DNA from: Alphaproteobacteria bacterium
Lineage (GTDB): Bacteria > Pseudomonadota > Alphaproteobacteria > SHVZ01
Direction of reading: 5' to 3'
Assembly (NCBI GenBank): GCA_009694025.1
Contig: SHVZ01000002.1
Location: 3,366 to 67,365 of the forward strand
Length of the DNA: 64,000 nt
Below the pieces are notes generated by a model that saw only the letters and a program-made list of their open reading frames with translations, was not told the origin of the DNA and did no database searches. The stretch's first letter is position 1. Every line of letters begins with the position of its first letter. A program made the translations under genes and the position numbers. Shown one piece after another: positions 35,383 to 45,259 of the stretch.

Positions 35383-36558
35383 ATGGCCCAGGACATCGTC
35401 ATCGCCGCCGCCGCCCGCACGCCCATCGGCGCCTTCTCCGGCGGACTCTCGACCCTTCCGGCCCACGAGCTGGGCGCGGCGGTCATCACCGCGGCGCTGG
35501 CGCGGGCCAAGGTCGAGGCGGCCGAGGTCAACGAGGTGATCCTGGGCCAGGTGCTGGGCGCCGGCTCCGGCATGAACCCGGCACGCCAGGCCGCGATCGC
35601 GGCCAAGGTGCCGAGCGGCGCCACCGCCATGGGCGTCAACCAGGTCTGCGGCTCCGGCCTCCGGGCGGTGGCGCTTGGCTTCCAGTCGATCCGCAACGGC
35701 GATGCCAAGGTGGTCGTCGCCGGCGGCCAGGAGAGCATGAGCCTCTCGCCCCACTGCCTGCATCTTCGCACCGGAACCAAGATGGGCCCGGCCGAGATGG
35801 TCGACACCATGATCAAGGACGGGCTCTGGGACGCCTTCAACGGCTACCACATGGGCAACACCGCCGAGAACGTCGCCCAGAAATGGCAGATCAACCGGGC
35901 CCAGCAGGACGCCTTCGCCGCCTCCTCCCAGGCCAAGGCCGAGGCCGCGATCAAGTCCGGCCGGTTCAAGGACGAGATCGTGCCGATCACCCTCAAGACC
36001 CGGAAGGGCGACCAGGTGGTCGACACCGACGAGCATCCGCGCTTCGGCACTACGGCGGAGACGCTCTCGAAGCTGAAGGCCGCCTTCGCCAAGGACGGCA
36101 CGGTGACCGCCGGCAACGCCTCGGGCATCAACGACGGCGCCGCCGCGCTGGTGCTGATGTCGGCCGCCGACGCCGAGAAGCGCGGCGTCAAGCCGCTCGC
36201 CCGCATCGTCTCCTGGGCGACCCGCGGCGTCGATCCGGCGGTGATGGGCTCAGGCCCCATCCCGGCGAGCCGGGCGGCGCTCGAGCAGGCCGGTTGGACC
36301 GTCGATCAGCTCGACCTGATCGAGGCCAACGAGGCCTTCGCCGCCCAGGCCTGCGCGGTCAACAAGGACCTCGGATGGGACGAGGCCAAGGTCAACGTCA
36401 ATGGCGGCGCCATCGCGCTCGGGCATCCGATCGGCGCGTCGGGCGCCCGCATCCTGACGACGCTCCTCTACGAGATGCAGAAGCGAAACGCCAGGAAAGG
36501 CCTGGCGACGCTCTGCATCGGCGGCGGCATGGGCATCGCGCTCTGCGTCGAGCGCTGA
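35383..36558 (+). CDS. phaA: acetyl-CoA acetyltransferase (beta-ketothiolase)
   Basis: The thiolase motifs are [12 protein letters not shown] (active-site Cys), [15 protein letters not shown] and CIGGGMGIA. Confidence 0.9.
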   Translation: MAQDIVIAAAARTPIGAFSGGLSTLPAHELGAAVITAALARAKVEAAEVNEVILGQVLGAGSGMNPARQAAIAAKVPSGATAMGVNQVCGSGLRAVALGFQSIRNGDAKVVVAGGQESMSLSPHCLHLRTGTKMGPAEMVDTMIKDGLWDAFNGYHMGNTAENVAQKWQINRAQQDAFAASSQAKAEAAIKSGRFKDEIVPITLKTRKGDQVVDTDEHPRFGTTAETLSKLKAAFAKDGTVTAGNASGINDGAAALVLMSAADAEKRGVKPLARIVSWATRGVDPAVMGSGPIPASRAALEQAGWTVDQLDLIEANEAFAAQACAVNKDLGWDEAKVNVNGGAIALGHPIGASGARILTTLLYEMQKRNARKGLATLCIGGGMGIALCVER

Positions 36559-36594
36559 TCGCGCGTCCAATAAGAAGAAAGCAGGGGAGGTCTC

Positions 36595-37317
36595 ATGGCT
36601 CGGGTCGCAGTCGTCACCGGAGGCACGCGCGGGATCGGTGCCGCGATCTCAACCGCGCTCAAGGACAAGGGCTACAAGGTCGCCGCCACCTACGGCGGCA
36701 ACGACACGATCGCCGCCGAGTTCACCAAGGCGACCGGCATCAGGGCGTTCAAGTGGGACGTCAGCGATTTCGCCCAGTGCCAGGCCGGCATCAAGCTGAT
36801 CGAGGCCGATCTCGGCCACGTTGACGTGCTCGTCAACAACGCCGGCATCACCCGCGACGGCACCATGCACAAGATGACCTTCGAGCAGTGGAATCAGGTC
36901 ATCCAGACCAATCTCTCCTCCTGCTTCAACATGTGCCGGGCGGTGATCGAGGGCATGCGGGCGCGAAAGTTCGGCCGCATCGTCAACATCGGCTCGATCA
37001 ATGGCCAGGCCGGGCAGTACGGCCAGGTCAACTACGCCGCCGCCAAGTCGGGCATCCACGGCTTCACCAAGGCCTTGGCCCAGGAAGGAGCGTCGGCGGG
37101 GATCACCGTCAACGCCGTGGCGCCGGGATACATCGACACCGAGATGGTCAGGGCGGTGCCGGCGAACGTGCTGGAGAAGATCGTCGCCCGCATCCCCGTC
37201 GGCCGCCTCGGAAAAGCCTCCGAGATCGCCCGCACCGTCCTCTTCCTGGTCGACGACGAGGGCGGCTTCATCACGGGCTCGACGCTGTCGGTCAACGGCG
37301 GCCAGCACATGTACTGA
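36595..37317 (+). CDS. phaB: acetoacetyl-CoA reductase (SDR)
   Basis: TGGTRGIG, NNAGIT and YAAAKSG are SDR motifs. The gene lies immediately downstream of the thiolase, as in phaAB pairs. Confidence 0.9.
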   Translation: MARVAVVTGGTRGIGAAISTALKDKGYKVAATYGGNDTIAAEFTKATGIRAFKWDVSDFAQCQAGIKLIEADLGHVDVLVNNAGITRDGTMHKMTFEQWNQVIQTNLSSCFNMCRAVIEGMRARKFGRIVNIGSINGQAGQYGQVNYAAAKSGIHGFTKALAQEGASAGITVNAVAPGYIDTEMVRAVPANVLEKIVARIPVGRLGKASEIARTVLFLVDDEGGFITGSTLSVNGGQHMY

Positions 37318-37391
37318 GCAGGCCTCATGCTTCGACAAGCTCGGCATGAGGGCCTCGTCCTGAGCCTGTCGAAGGGCGAGGCCCGGCCTCG
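37318..37391. repeat. REP-like intergenic element (nested imperfect hairpins, GGCCTCG repeated three times)
   Basis: GGCCTCATGC..GCATGAGGGCC and GGCCTCG..CGAGGCC stems are present. The core TTCGACAAGCTCGGCATGAGGGCCTCGTCCTGAGCCTGTCGAAGGGCGAGG resembles, from memory, intergenic repeats common in alphaproteobacterial genomes. Only one copy occurs in this window. Confidence 0.4.
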
Positions 37392-37835
37392 TTGAGCGGC
37401 GATCCCCGCGAATACCCGGATCGTCCCTGGGTCGGCGTCGGCGCCGTCGTCTTCCGCGGCGAGGAGGTGCTCCTCGTCCATTCGGCGAAAGGCTCGCGCA
37501 AGGGCAAATGGAGCCTCCCCGGCGGGGCCCAGCATGTCGGCGAGACCATGTTCGAGGCGGCCATCCGCGAGGTCCGAGAGGAGACCGGCGCCGAGATCCG
37601 GCCGATCGAGATCATCACCGCCGTCGACTCGATCCGGCGCGACCCGGAGGGCCGGCCTCGGTTCCACTACACGCTGATCGACGTCCTGGCGGAGTGGCGC
37701 TCCGGCGACCTCGTGCCGGGAGATGACGCCGATGCGGCCGAGTGGGTCTCGGCTGGGCGCTTCCCCGATCTCAAGCTTTGGTCCGAAACGATCCGCGTAA
37801 TCGAATTGGCGCGGGCGGTGCGCGATCACCGTTGA
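37392..37835 (+). CDS. NUDIX hydrolase
   Basis: TTG start. The Nudix box is GGAQHVGETMFEAAIREVREETG. Confidence 0.8.
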   Translation: MSGDPREYPDRPWVGVGAVVFRGEEVLLVHSAKGSRKGKWSLPGGAQHVGETMFEAAIREVREETGAEIRPIEIITAVDSIRRDPEGRPRFHYTLIDVLAEWRSGDLVPGDDADAAEWVSAGRFPDLKLWSETIRVIELARAVRDHR

Positions 37836-37854
37836 TTTTTTCCTCCATGCATTT

Positions 37855-37903
37855 CCCCCCACCCTATCCCTCCCCCCTTGTGGGGGAGGGATAGGGTGGG
37901 GGG
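37855..37903. repeat. perfect 22-bp inverted repeat (extragenic palindrome / strong hairpin)
   Basis: CCCCCCACCCTATCCCTCCCCC (37855-37876) and GGGGGAGGGATAGGGTGGGGGG (37882-37903) flank a 5-nt loop CTTGT. The element sits between the NUDIX and DMT genes. Confidence 0.8.
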
Positions 37904-37907
37904 ATCG

Positions 37908-38810
37908 ATGTCGATGACGTCCGCAACATCTCCTCGTCGCCCAGCGACACTTGTCGGCTTCACCGCGATCCTGATGTGGGCGGGGCTGGCGCTGCTGACC
38001 ACGCTTGCCGGACCGGTGCCGCCATTCCAGCTCGTCGCCATGGCGTTCGCCATTCCAGGCGCCGCGTCGCTCGCGCTTTCAATCGTCCGTGGCGAGGGCC
38101 TCCGTCCGTTCCGCCAGAAGCCCGTGGTTTGGGCGCTCGGGATCTACGGGCTGTTCGGCTACCACTTCGCCTATTTCGTCGCGCTCAGCTCGGCCCCGCC
38201 GGTCGAGGCCGGCCTCATCGCCTATCTCTCGCCGCTCTTGATCGTGCTGTTCTCGGCGCTGCTGCCGGGCGAGCGGCTGCGCTGGTACCACCTCGCGGGC
38301 GCGCTCACGGGCCTCGCCGGGACGGCGCTGGTGGTGACCGACGGCGGCCGCGTCGCTTTCAAGGCGGAACACGCCTTGGGCTATGCCGCCGCCTTCGTCT
38401 GCGCTCTCGTTTGGTCGAGCTACTCGGTGCTCAGCCGGCGCTTCGGCGAGGTTCCGACCTCGGCGGTCGGCGGCTTCTGCATGGTGACGGCGATCCTGGC
38501 CGCGCTCAGCCACCTGATGCTGGAGACGACGATATGGCCGGCTGGCGGCGCGTGGCTCGCCATTCTCGCGCTCGGCGTCGGGCCGATCGGGCTCGCCTTC
38601 TTCACCTGGGACGTCGGCATGAAGCGGGGCGACATCCAAGCCCTTGGCGGGCTCTTCTACGTGGCGCCTCTGGGATCGACGGCGCTTCTGATCCTGTTCG
38701 GCAAGGGCGAGGCGAGCTGGGCGATCGGCGGCGCCACGGCGCTCATCGTCGGCGGCGCCGCGCTCGCCGCCATCGACGTGCTCCGCCGTCAGCCCGGCGC
38801 CCAGCCCTGA
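37908..38810 (+). CDS. DMT-superfamily (EamA-like) transporter
   Basis: The start is set at ATG 37908 (MSMTSATS) because the track start at 37878 lies inside the palindrome. There are ten hydrophobic segments with duplicated EamA-like halves. Confidence 0.8.
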   Translation: MSMTSATSPRRPATLVGFTAILMWAGLALLTTLAGPVPPFQLVAMAFAIPGAASLALSIVRGEGLRPFRQKPVVWALGIYGLFGYHFAYFVALSSAPPVEAGLIAYLSPLLIVLFSALLPGERLRWYHLAGALTGLAGTALVVTDGGRVAFKAEHALGYAAAFVCALVWSSYSVLSRRFGEVPTSAVGGFCMVTAILAALSHLMLETTIWPAGGAWLAILALGVGPIGLAFFTWDVGMKRGDIQALGGLFYVAPLGSTALLILFGKGEASWAIGGATALIVGGAALAAIDVLRRQPGAQP

Positions 38811-39202
38811 GGCGCCAACTCGAACGAGGCGAACTCGAAGGCCGGCGCGACCGCGCAGCCGGTCAGCGTCCAGGCGCCGAGCGGCACTGCCGACTGCCAG
38901 CAGCCGGCCGGCACCACGGCCTGGAGCTCGGCCGCGCGGCCGAGCACGCGCCGCTCGATGCGCTTTCCGTCGGCCGACAACGACAACGCGAGGTCGTCGC
39001 CGTCATGGAAGTGCCAGACCTCGACCGCGTCGGTGGCCCGGTGCCAGCGCGACACCTCGCCGGCTTTCAGCAGATAGAGGACGGTGGTGAGGCTGCCGCG
39101 ACCGCCCGACGGCGGGCGGTCGCGGAAGGTCTCCCGGTAGTGCCCGCCTTCGGGATGCGGCTCGAGGCCGAGGCGCGCGATCAGGGCCCCCGCCGTGGTC
39201 AT
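38789..39202 (-). CDS. cupin-fold protein (DUF985 family)
   Basis: The start is at MTTAGALIARLGLEPHPEGGHYRETF (ATG 39202), which overlaps the upstream GST stop (ATGA). LEPHPEGG.Y.E is the DUF985 hallmark. Confidence 0.75.
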   Translation of the reverse strand: MTTAGALIARLGLEPHPEGGHYRETFRDRPPSGGRGSLTTVLYLLKAGEVSRWHRATDAVEVWHFHDGDDLALSLSADGKRIERRVLGRAAELQAVVPAGCWQSAVPLGAWTLTGCAVAPAFEFASFELAPQGWAPG

Positions 39203-39810
39203 CCCTTCGGCGTCGTCGCCTGCATCGACGGGCGCCGGCAGAAGGCCTCGTACCACTGGAAGAGCTTCGGCCGGGACTTGCGGAGGTCGCCGGCGACGTT
39301 GCGGAACTCGAGCCAGCCGATCCCGGCGGCGAGGGCGATCTGGCCGAGGTTGATCGGGCCGGAGAGCAAGGCGGAGTCGTTCTCCGCCATGTCCAGGCCC
39401 TGGTTGACCTTGGCCATCTGGCCCGCGGTCCATTCGGCCGAGCGTTTGTCCTCGGCTCGCACGACCGTTTCGTAGCGGACGAGGAGGCCGGCGTCGGTGA
39501 TGCCGTCGGCCATCGCCTGCCAGCGCAGCACCCGCCAACGGTCGGGTCCCGAGGCCGGGATCATCCGGACGCCGGCGTGCTGGGAGTCCAGGTACTCGCA
39601 GATCACCCGGGAGTCGTAGAGGACCTGGCCGTCGTCGGTAACCAACGTCGGCACCTTCATCAGCGGATTGTCCTTAGCGATGTCGGCGTTCGGCTTGGTC
39701 GGCATGACCGCGGTCGGCACCTGCTGGATGCGGCCGTCGATGCCGGCTTCGATCGCCGTGACCGTCACCTTGCGGACATAGGGGGAGGCGGCTGAGTAGT
39801 AGAGCTTCAT
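39199..39810 (-). CDS. glutathione S-transferase
   Basis: MKLYYSAASPYVRKV..NPLMKVPTLV..DSRVICEYL is the GST N-terminal fold. Confidence 0.85.
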   Translation of the reverse strand: MKLYYSAASPYVRKVTVTAIEAGIDGRIQQVPTAVMPTKPNADIAKDNPLMKVPTLVTDDGQVLYDSRVICEYLDSQHAGVRMIPASGPDRWRVLRWQAMADGITDAGLLVRYETVVRAEDKRSAEWTAGQMAKVNQGLDMAENDSALLSGPINLGQIALAAGIGWLEFRNVAGDLRKSRPKLFQWYEAFCRRPSMQATTPKG

Positions 39811-39831
39811 TTTTCGATTCCTCTATGGAGC

Positions 39832-40602
39832 TTAGAAGACGTCCTTGGCCTTGCGGACGGCTGCGAAGACGGCGACCGGGTCGGAGGCGGCGAGGCCGAC
39901 GCCGCGGGCGAGGTCCGGCTGATCGGCGCGGAGGAACGGGTTGGTCGCCCGCTCCTCGGCCATGGTCGAGGGCACGGTCGGCCGGCCCTCGGCGCGGAGC
40001 GCGTCGACCTGACGGCTGCGCTCGCGGAGCGCGGCGTTGCCGCCGTCGACCGAGAGCGCGAAGCGGATGTTGGACTGAGTGTACTCGTGCGCGCAGTAGA
40101 CGCGGGTGGGGTCGGGGAGGCGGCGGAGCTTGCCGAGCGAGGTCCACATCTGCTGCGGCGTGCCCTCGAACAGCCGCCCGCAGCCGCAGGCGAAGAGGGT
40201 GTCGCCGCAGAACAGCGCATCGGAGTCGCGAAACCAGTAGGCGATATGGCCGCGGGTGTGGCCGGGCACATCGAAGATCTCCGCCTCCGCCTCGCCCAGC
40301 CGGAAGCGCTCGCCGTCGCCAAGCGCGATGTCGATGCCGGGGATGCGATCCCGGTCGGCCTTGGGACCGACCACGGTGCAGCCGGTCGCCGCCTTGATCG
40401 CCAGGTTGCCGCCGACATGGTCGCCATGGTGATGGGTGTTGAGGATATGGGTCAGCCGCCATCCCAGTCCCGCCAGCCGCTCGAGGATCGGCTCGGACAC
40501 CGCGGGGTCGACCACGCCCACCTTTCCGGTTGAGCGGTCGCGCACCAGGTAGACATAATTGTCCTTGAGGACGGGAATCTGCTCGACGTCGATGCGGTTC
40601 AT
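39832..40602 (-). CDS. gloB: hydroxyacylglutathione hydrolase (glyoxalase II)
   Basis: The start is at MNRIDVEQIPVLKDNYVYL (ATG 40602). THHHGDHVGG is the metallo-beta-lactamase motif, followed by VPGHTRGHI. Confidence 0.9.
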   Translation of the reverse strand: MNRIDVEQIPVLKDNYVYLVRDRSTGKVGVVDPAVSEPILERLAGLGWRLTHILNTHHHGDHVGGNLAIKAATGCTVVGPKADRDRIPGIDIALGDGERFRLGEAEAEIFDVPGHTRGHIAYWFRDSDALFCGDTLFACGCGRLFEGTPQQMWTSLGKLRRLPDPTRVYCAHEYTQSNIRFALSVDGGNAALRERSRQVDALRAEGRPTVPSTMAEERATNPFLRADQPDLARGVGLAASDPVAVFAAVRKAKDVF

Positions 40603-40658
40603 CGGAGGATGCCTTGGCTCGGGCGGCGGACGATAGCAGAGCATGCTAAAGTAAGGCC

Positions 40659-41426
40659 ATGTTCACGGACATCGTGGACCTCCGCGACTTCTATGCGTCG
40701 CGCCGCGGGCAGGTGGCGCGCCGCCTGATCCGTGCCCGCATCCGTCGTCTCTGGCCGGAGGCCAAGGGGCTTTCCGTGCTCGGCGTCGGCTTCGCCACCC
40801 CCTATCTCGGCCTCTACCGCGAGGAGGCCGAGCGCGTCGTTGCCGCCATGCCGGCGAGCCAGGGGGTCCTCCCCTGGCCGAGGCCCGGCCCCAACGTGGT
40901 GACGCTGGCCGAGGAGATGGAGCTGCCCTTCGCCGACCTCTCCTTCGACCGGGTGCTGCTGGTCCACGCCCTCGAAGGCGCCGAGCAGCTCCGGCCGATG
41001 CTGCGCGAGGTCTGGCGGGTGCTGGCCGGCGGCGGCCGGCTCCTGGCGGTCGCGCCCAACCGCCGCGGCGTCTGGGCCCGGAGCGACCGCACCCCCTTCG
41101 GCCACGGCCAACCCTACTCGCTCGGGCAATTGTCGCGCCTCCTCAGAGATACCCTGTTCACCCCCGTGCAGAGCGCAGCCGCCCTCTTCCCGCCGCCCCA
41201 GGCGATCGTGCCGCTCGCCCGTTGGGCCCGCGACCTCGACGACATCGGCGAGCGCTGGGCCTCCACTTTCGCCGGCGTGGTGATGGTGGAGGCGGCAAAG
41301 CAGATCTATGCGGGGACGGCGATCCCGCAGGCCGTGCGCAAGCGCAAGCGCGTCTTGGTGCCGATCCAGGGCGGTGCCGTCGCCGCCGCCGACCGTCACT
41401 CGAGCACTACGCCCGACGAAGCTTGA
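40659..41426 (+). CDS. class I SAM-dependent methyltransferase
   Basis: VLGVGFATPYL..SFDRVLLVHALE..GGRLLAV. It is divergent from gloB. Confidence 0.7.
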   Translation: MFTDIVDLRDFYASRRGQVARRLIRARIRRLWPEAKGLSVLGVGFATPYLGLYREEAERVVAAMPASQGVLPWPRPGPNVVTLAEEMELPFADLSFDRVLLVHALEGAEQLRPMLREVWRVLAGGGRLLAVAPNRRGVWARSDRTPFGHGQPYSLGQLSRLLRDTLFTPVQSAAALFPPPQAIVPLARWARDLDDIGERWASTFAGVVMVEAAKQIYAGTAIPQAVRKRKRVLVPIQGGAVAAADRHSSTTPDEA

Positions 41427-42024
41427 AGATCGCCTGGCTGGCGACGAGGTTGGCCCAACGCGAGGTGACGCGGGCCGGGAGCGGCCGTCCGCCGCCATCC
41501 AGCGCCCAGCCCTCGACGATGGCGACGCCGAGGGTTTCGGCGAGCCTGAGGAAATCGCGGATGGTGCAGAGGTGGATGTTGGGCGTGTCCCACCATTCAT
41601 AGGCCAGGGCCTGGGTGACCGGCATGCGGCCGTGCGCCACCACCGTCCAGCGCACCCGCCAATGGCCGAAGTTCGGGAAGGAGACGATGGCGTGGCGGGC
41701 GATCCGGGCCAGCTCGGAGAGCACGCCCTTCGGGTTCTCGGTCGCCTGCAGGGTCTGGCTCAGGATCGCATAGTCGAAGGCGGCCGTCGGGTAGTCGGGG
41801 AGGTCGGTGTCGGCATCGCCCTGAACCACTGAAAGACCGCGTCCGACGCAGGCGTTGACGCCGGCCTGGGACAGCTCGATGCCGCGTCCGACCGCGCGCT
41901 TGTCCCGCTTCAGATGCTCGAGGAGAGCACCGTCGCCGCAACCGACGTCGAGGACGCGGGCGCCATCCTCGATCATGTCGGCGACAAGCTGGAGGTCGGG
42001 CCGGATCAGGCCGTTCCGGGTCAT
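41407..42024 (-). CDS. metW: methionine biosynthesis protein MetW
   Basis: [31 protein letters not shown] is present. The start overlaps the metX stop by 4 nt. Confidence 0.9.
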   Translation of the reverse strand: MTRNGLIRPDLQLVADMIEDGARVLDVGCGDGALLEHLKRDKRAVGRGIELSQAGVNACVGRGLSVVQGDADTDLPDYPTAAFDYAILSQTLQATENPKGVLSELARIARHAIVSFPNFGHWRVRWTVVAHGRMPVTQALAYEWWDTPNIHLCTIRDFLRLAETLGVAIVEGWALDGGGRPLPARVTSRWANLVASQAIFKLRRA

Positions 42025-43196
42025 GGGGCCTTGATGCCGGCGAGCTCGGCCGACCCGCCGAGGAAGCCGTTGAGCACCGCGTGGAACTCCGGCTCGTCCA
42101 AGAGGAAGGCGTCGTGACCCTTGTCGCTCTTGATCTCGACGAAGCTGACGTCGGCGGCGACGGCATTCAACGCATGCACGATCGCCCGGCTTTCACGGGT
42201 CGGGAACAGCCAGTCCGAGGTGAAGCTGATCAGGCAGAACCGGCAGGTGGTGCCGCGAAACGCGTTGGCGAGCACACCGCCGTGCTCGGCCGCCAGGTCG
42301 AAATAGTCCATGGCGCGCGTGATGTAGAGATAGGAATTGGCATCGAAGCGGTCGACGAAGGTGATTCCCTGGTGGCGGAGATAGCTCTCCACCTGGAAAT
42401 CCGCCTCGAAGCCGTAGGAGAGCTGCTCGCGGTCCTGCAGGTTGCGTCCGAACTTCCGGTGCAGCGCCGATTCCGAAAGATAGGTGATGTGCGCGGCCAT
42501 CCGCGCCACCGCGAGCCCCCGGGTCGGGCTGGTGTCCTGGTTCGCGTAGTCGCCGCCGCGCCACTCCGGATCGGCCATGATCGCCTGGCGGCCGACCTCG
42601 TGGAAGGCGATGTTCTGGGCCGAGTGCCTGGCGGCGCCGGCGATGGGGATCGCCGCGAACACCTTCTCGGGGTGGCGCGACGCCCATTGCAGCACCTGCA
42701 TGGCCCCCATCGAGCCGCCGGTCACCGCGAACAGGCGCTCGATCCCGAGGTGGCGGACGACCCTGAGCTGGGCCTCGACCATGTCGCCGATGGTGATGAT
42801 CGGGAAGGCGAGACCATAGGGCTTGCCGGTCTTGGGGTCGGCCTCGCGCGGGCCCGAAGAGCCCATGCAGCCGCCGAGCACATTGACGCAGATGACGAAG
42901 TAGCGCCCGGTGTCGATCGGCTTGCCCGGGCCGACCATCATCTCCCACCAGCCAAGCTTGCCGGTGACCGGATGGACCTCGGCGACATACTGGTCGCCGG
43001 TCAGGGCATGGCAGACCAGAACGGCATTGGTCTTGTCGGCGTTGAGGCGGCCGTAGGTCTGGTAGGCGAGCGTGCACGGCGTCAGCTCGACGCCGCAGTC
43101 GAGCTTCAGAGGCGTCTCCGGCCCGAGTGTGAGCCGGTAGCCGGGCAGCGCGGCGGAAGCCGGCACGCGCGAGAGTGAGCCGAAGGTCGTGGTCAT
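42021..43196 (-). CDS. metX: homoserine O-acetyltransferase
   Basis: The start is at MTTTFGS (ATG 43196). CHALTGD and [12 protein letters not shown] (nucleophile elbow) are present. It is followed by metW. Confidence 0.9.
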   Translation of the reverse strand: MTTTFGSLSRVPASAALPGYRLTLGPETPLKLDCGVELTPCTLAYQTYGRLNADKTNAVLVCHALTGDQYVAEVHPVTGKLGWWEMMVGPGKPIDTGRYFVICVNVLGGCMGSSGPREADPKTGKPYGLAFPIITIGDMVEAQLRVVRHLGIERLFAVTGGSMGAMQVLQWASRHPEKVFAAIPIAGAARHSAQNIAFHEVGRQAIMADPEWRGGDYANQDTSPTRGLAVARMAAHITYLSESALHRKFGRNLQDREQLSYGFEADFQVESYLRHQGITFVDRFDANSYLYITRAMDYFDLAAEHGGVLANAFRGTTCRFCLISFTSDWLFPTRESRAIVHALNAVAADVSFVEIKSDKGHDAFLLDEPEFHAVLNGFLGGSAELAGIKAP

Positions 43197-43323
43197 CCGT
43201 AAAAGGTGCCCCAGGGAAGGCGATACATGGCGACCCCCGAGCTCCCCTGTCAATGCCGGAAGCCTTTGATTTTATCGGCGCCCGCGACTACACCTAGCGG
43301 CCCTTACCCGCGCTTCCCCGACG

Positions 43324-44145
43324 ATGGCCGCGCCCGCACCCACCCTCGACGAAATCCGTGCCGAGATTGATCGCATCGACCAGGCCGTGCATGACCTGCT
43401 GATGCGCCGCGTCGAGGTCGTGCGCGGAATCGGCCGCCTCAAGGGCGCCTCGGCGCCGAAATGGCGCCCCGCCCGCGAGGCCGCCCTGATCCGCCGCCTG
43501 GTCGCCCGTCACCGGGGCGAGATGCCGGTCGGCGTGCTGGTCCGCATCTGGCGGGAGATGATCGTCGGCGGATCGCTCGCTCTCCAGGAGGCGGTCACCA
43601 TCTCCGTCGCCGCCGACAGCGGGTGCTGGGATCTGGCGCGAGACCACTTCGGCGCCGTGGTGCCCCTCAGGGTCCGCCGCTCGGCCGCCCAGGTCGTCCG
43701 CGACGTCGCCGCCGGCAAGGCGACCATCGGCGTGCTTCCGGTACCGGAGGCCGGCACCTCATGGTGGCGACCGCTTGCTGGCAAGGATACCCCCCGGATC
43801 GTCGCCAAGCTTCCCTTCGCCGCGATCGAGAACGGCCGAGCCGGACCTGCGGCATACGCAATCGCCTGCATCGCCTTCGAACCCTCCGGCAGCGACCGCA
43901 GCCTTCTTGTCGTCGAGACCGTCCCGCCAGCCAGCCGGGCCGCGCTGGCGAGCGCGCTCCACAAGGCAGGCCTGTCGGCACGCCGGATTGCCCAGGACGG
44001 GGCGGCGGCACGTGCCGTCGTGCTGCTCGAGGTCGATGGCTTCGTCGGCGACGGAGATCGGCGGCTGGCCGCACTGAAGGGCGATCCGTGCTGTCGCCGG
44101 GTCGCCGCGATCGGCGGCTACGCCCTACCGCTGTCCAAGAGCTGA
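43324..44145 (+). CDS. chorismate mutase with a C-terminal prephenate-dehydratase-like (degenerate) extension
   Basis: The N-terminus LDEIRAEIDRIDQAVHDLLMRR is an AroQ-type chorismate mutase helix. The remainder (ISVAADSGCWDLARDHFG..ATIGVLPVPE) resembles a PDT domain but lacks the ENS-type motif. Confidence 0.7.
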   Translation: MAAPAPTLDEIRAEIDRIDQAVHDLLMRRVEVVRGIGRLKGASAPKWRPAREAALIRRLVARHRGEMPVGVLVRIWREMIVGGSLALQEAVTISVAADSGCWDLARDHFGAVVPLRVRRSAAQVVRDVAAGKATIGVLPVPEAGTSWWRPLAGKDTPRIVAKLPFAAIENGRAGPAAYAIACIAFEPSGSDRSLLVVETVPPASRAALASALHKAGLSARRIAQDGAAARAVVLLEVDGFVGDGDRRLAALKGDPCCRRVAAIGGYALPLSKS

Positions 44146-44164
44146 TGTCGTTCCGGAGCAAGCG

Positions 44165-45259
44165 ATGACCGACGCCCCCGTCCCCCAGCCCGGCATCCTG
44201 GAGCTGACGCCCTACAAGGCCTTCGCCAAGCCGAAGCGGCCGGGTCGGCTGATCCGCCTGATGGCGAACGAGGGCGCGCTTGGGCCGAGCCCGAAGGCGA
44301 TCGAGGCCTACGAAGCGGCGGCCGGCGAGATCCATCGCTATCCGGAAAGCGGCTCAGGAACGCTCGTCTCGGCGCTCGCCAGGCACCACGGGCTCAAGCC
44401 GGAGTGGCTGGTCATCGGCAACGGTTCGGACGAGCTGATCGAGCTTCTCTGCCACTGCTTTGCCGGCCCCGGCGACGAGGTGATCCATACCCAGTACGGC
44501 TTCGTCATGTATCCGACCTGCGCGAGGGCATCCGGCGCGACGCCGGTCTCGGCGCCGGACGACGGCATCACCGCCAACGTCGACGCGATCCTCGCCCGGG
44601 TGACGGCGAAGACCAAGATCGTCTTCCTCGCCAACCCCAACAACCCGACGGGTACCTATCTGGCGCGGACGGAGGTCGAGCGCCTGTGGGCGTCCCTGCC
44701 GAAATACGTCGTGCTCGCGCTCGACGCGGCCTATGCCGAATATGTCGAGCGCAACGACTACTCGGCTGGCGTCGAGCTGGTCGAGCGTGCGAGCAACGTA
44801 ATCATGCTCCGCACCTTCTCCAAGCTCTATGGCCTCGCCGGCCTCAGGCTCGGCTGGGGCTACGGCGCGCCGGCGGTGGTCGACGTGCTGAACCGCGTCC
44901 ATGGCGTCTTCAACGTCAACGCCGCCGCCCAGGCCGCGGGCGTCGCCGCGCTCGAGGACGTGCCGTTCCAGGACCGCTCCAAGACCCACAACCGCATCTG
45001 GATGCCCAGGGTCCAGGAGAAGCTGAAGGCGCTCGGCCTAGAGCCGCAGCCGACGGTCGCCAACTTCGTCCTGGTCAGGGTGCCGGCGAAGCTCGGCAAG
45101 ACGCCGGAGCAGATCCTCGCCTTCTGTGCCGAGCGCGGGATCTTCATGCGCGAGATGCGGACCTACGGCATGACCGGCTGTTTCCGCTTCTCGATCGGGA
45201 CCGAGGAGGAGAACCAGGCCTTGTTCGACGCCCTTTCCGAGTGCCTCGGCCATGGCTGA
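44165..45259 (+). CDS. hisC: histidinol-phosphate (aromatic) aminotransferase
   Basis: ANPNNPTGT and RTFSKLYGLAGLRLGW (PLP-Lys) are class II aminotransferase motifs. Confidence 0.9.
   Translation: MTDAPVPQPGILELTPYKAFAKPKRPGRLIRLMANEGALGPSPKAIEAYEAAAGEIHRYPESGSGTLVSALARHHGLKPEWLVIGNGSDELIELLCHCFAGPGDEVIHTQYGFVMYPTCARASGATPVSAPDDGITANVDAILARVTAKTKIVFLANPNNPTGTYLARTEVERLWASLPKYVVLALDAAYAEYVERNDYSAGVELVERASNVIMLRTFSKLYGLAGLRLGWGYGAPAVVDVLNRVHGVFNVNAAAQAAGVAALEDVPFQDRSKTHNRIWMPRVQEKLKALGLEPQPTVANFVLVRVPAKLGKTPEQILAFCAERGIFMREMRTYGMTGCFRFSIGTEEENQALFDALSECLGHG

Noticed and set aside
38789-38810. 22-bp overlap of the 3' ends of the convergent DMT transporter and DUF985 cupin genes.
   Set aside because: Short convergent overlaps are common in compact high-GC genomes, and there is no additional structure.
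43197-43323. Looked for a SAM-II (metA-type) riboswitch in the metX leader, as is often found in alphaproteobacteria.
   Set aside because: The spacer is only ~125 nt and is shared with the divergent chorismate mutase gene. On the metX strand I see GAUAAAAUCAAAGGCUUCCGGC but not a convincing pseudoknot or AAAGCU core. A TTGACA -35-like hexamer sits only ~50 nt from the ATG. A covariance-model scan is needed, so no call is made.
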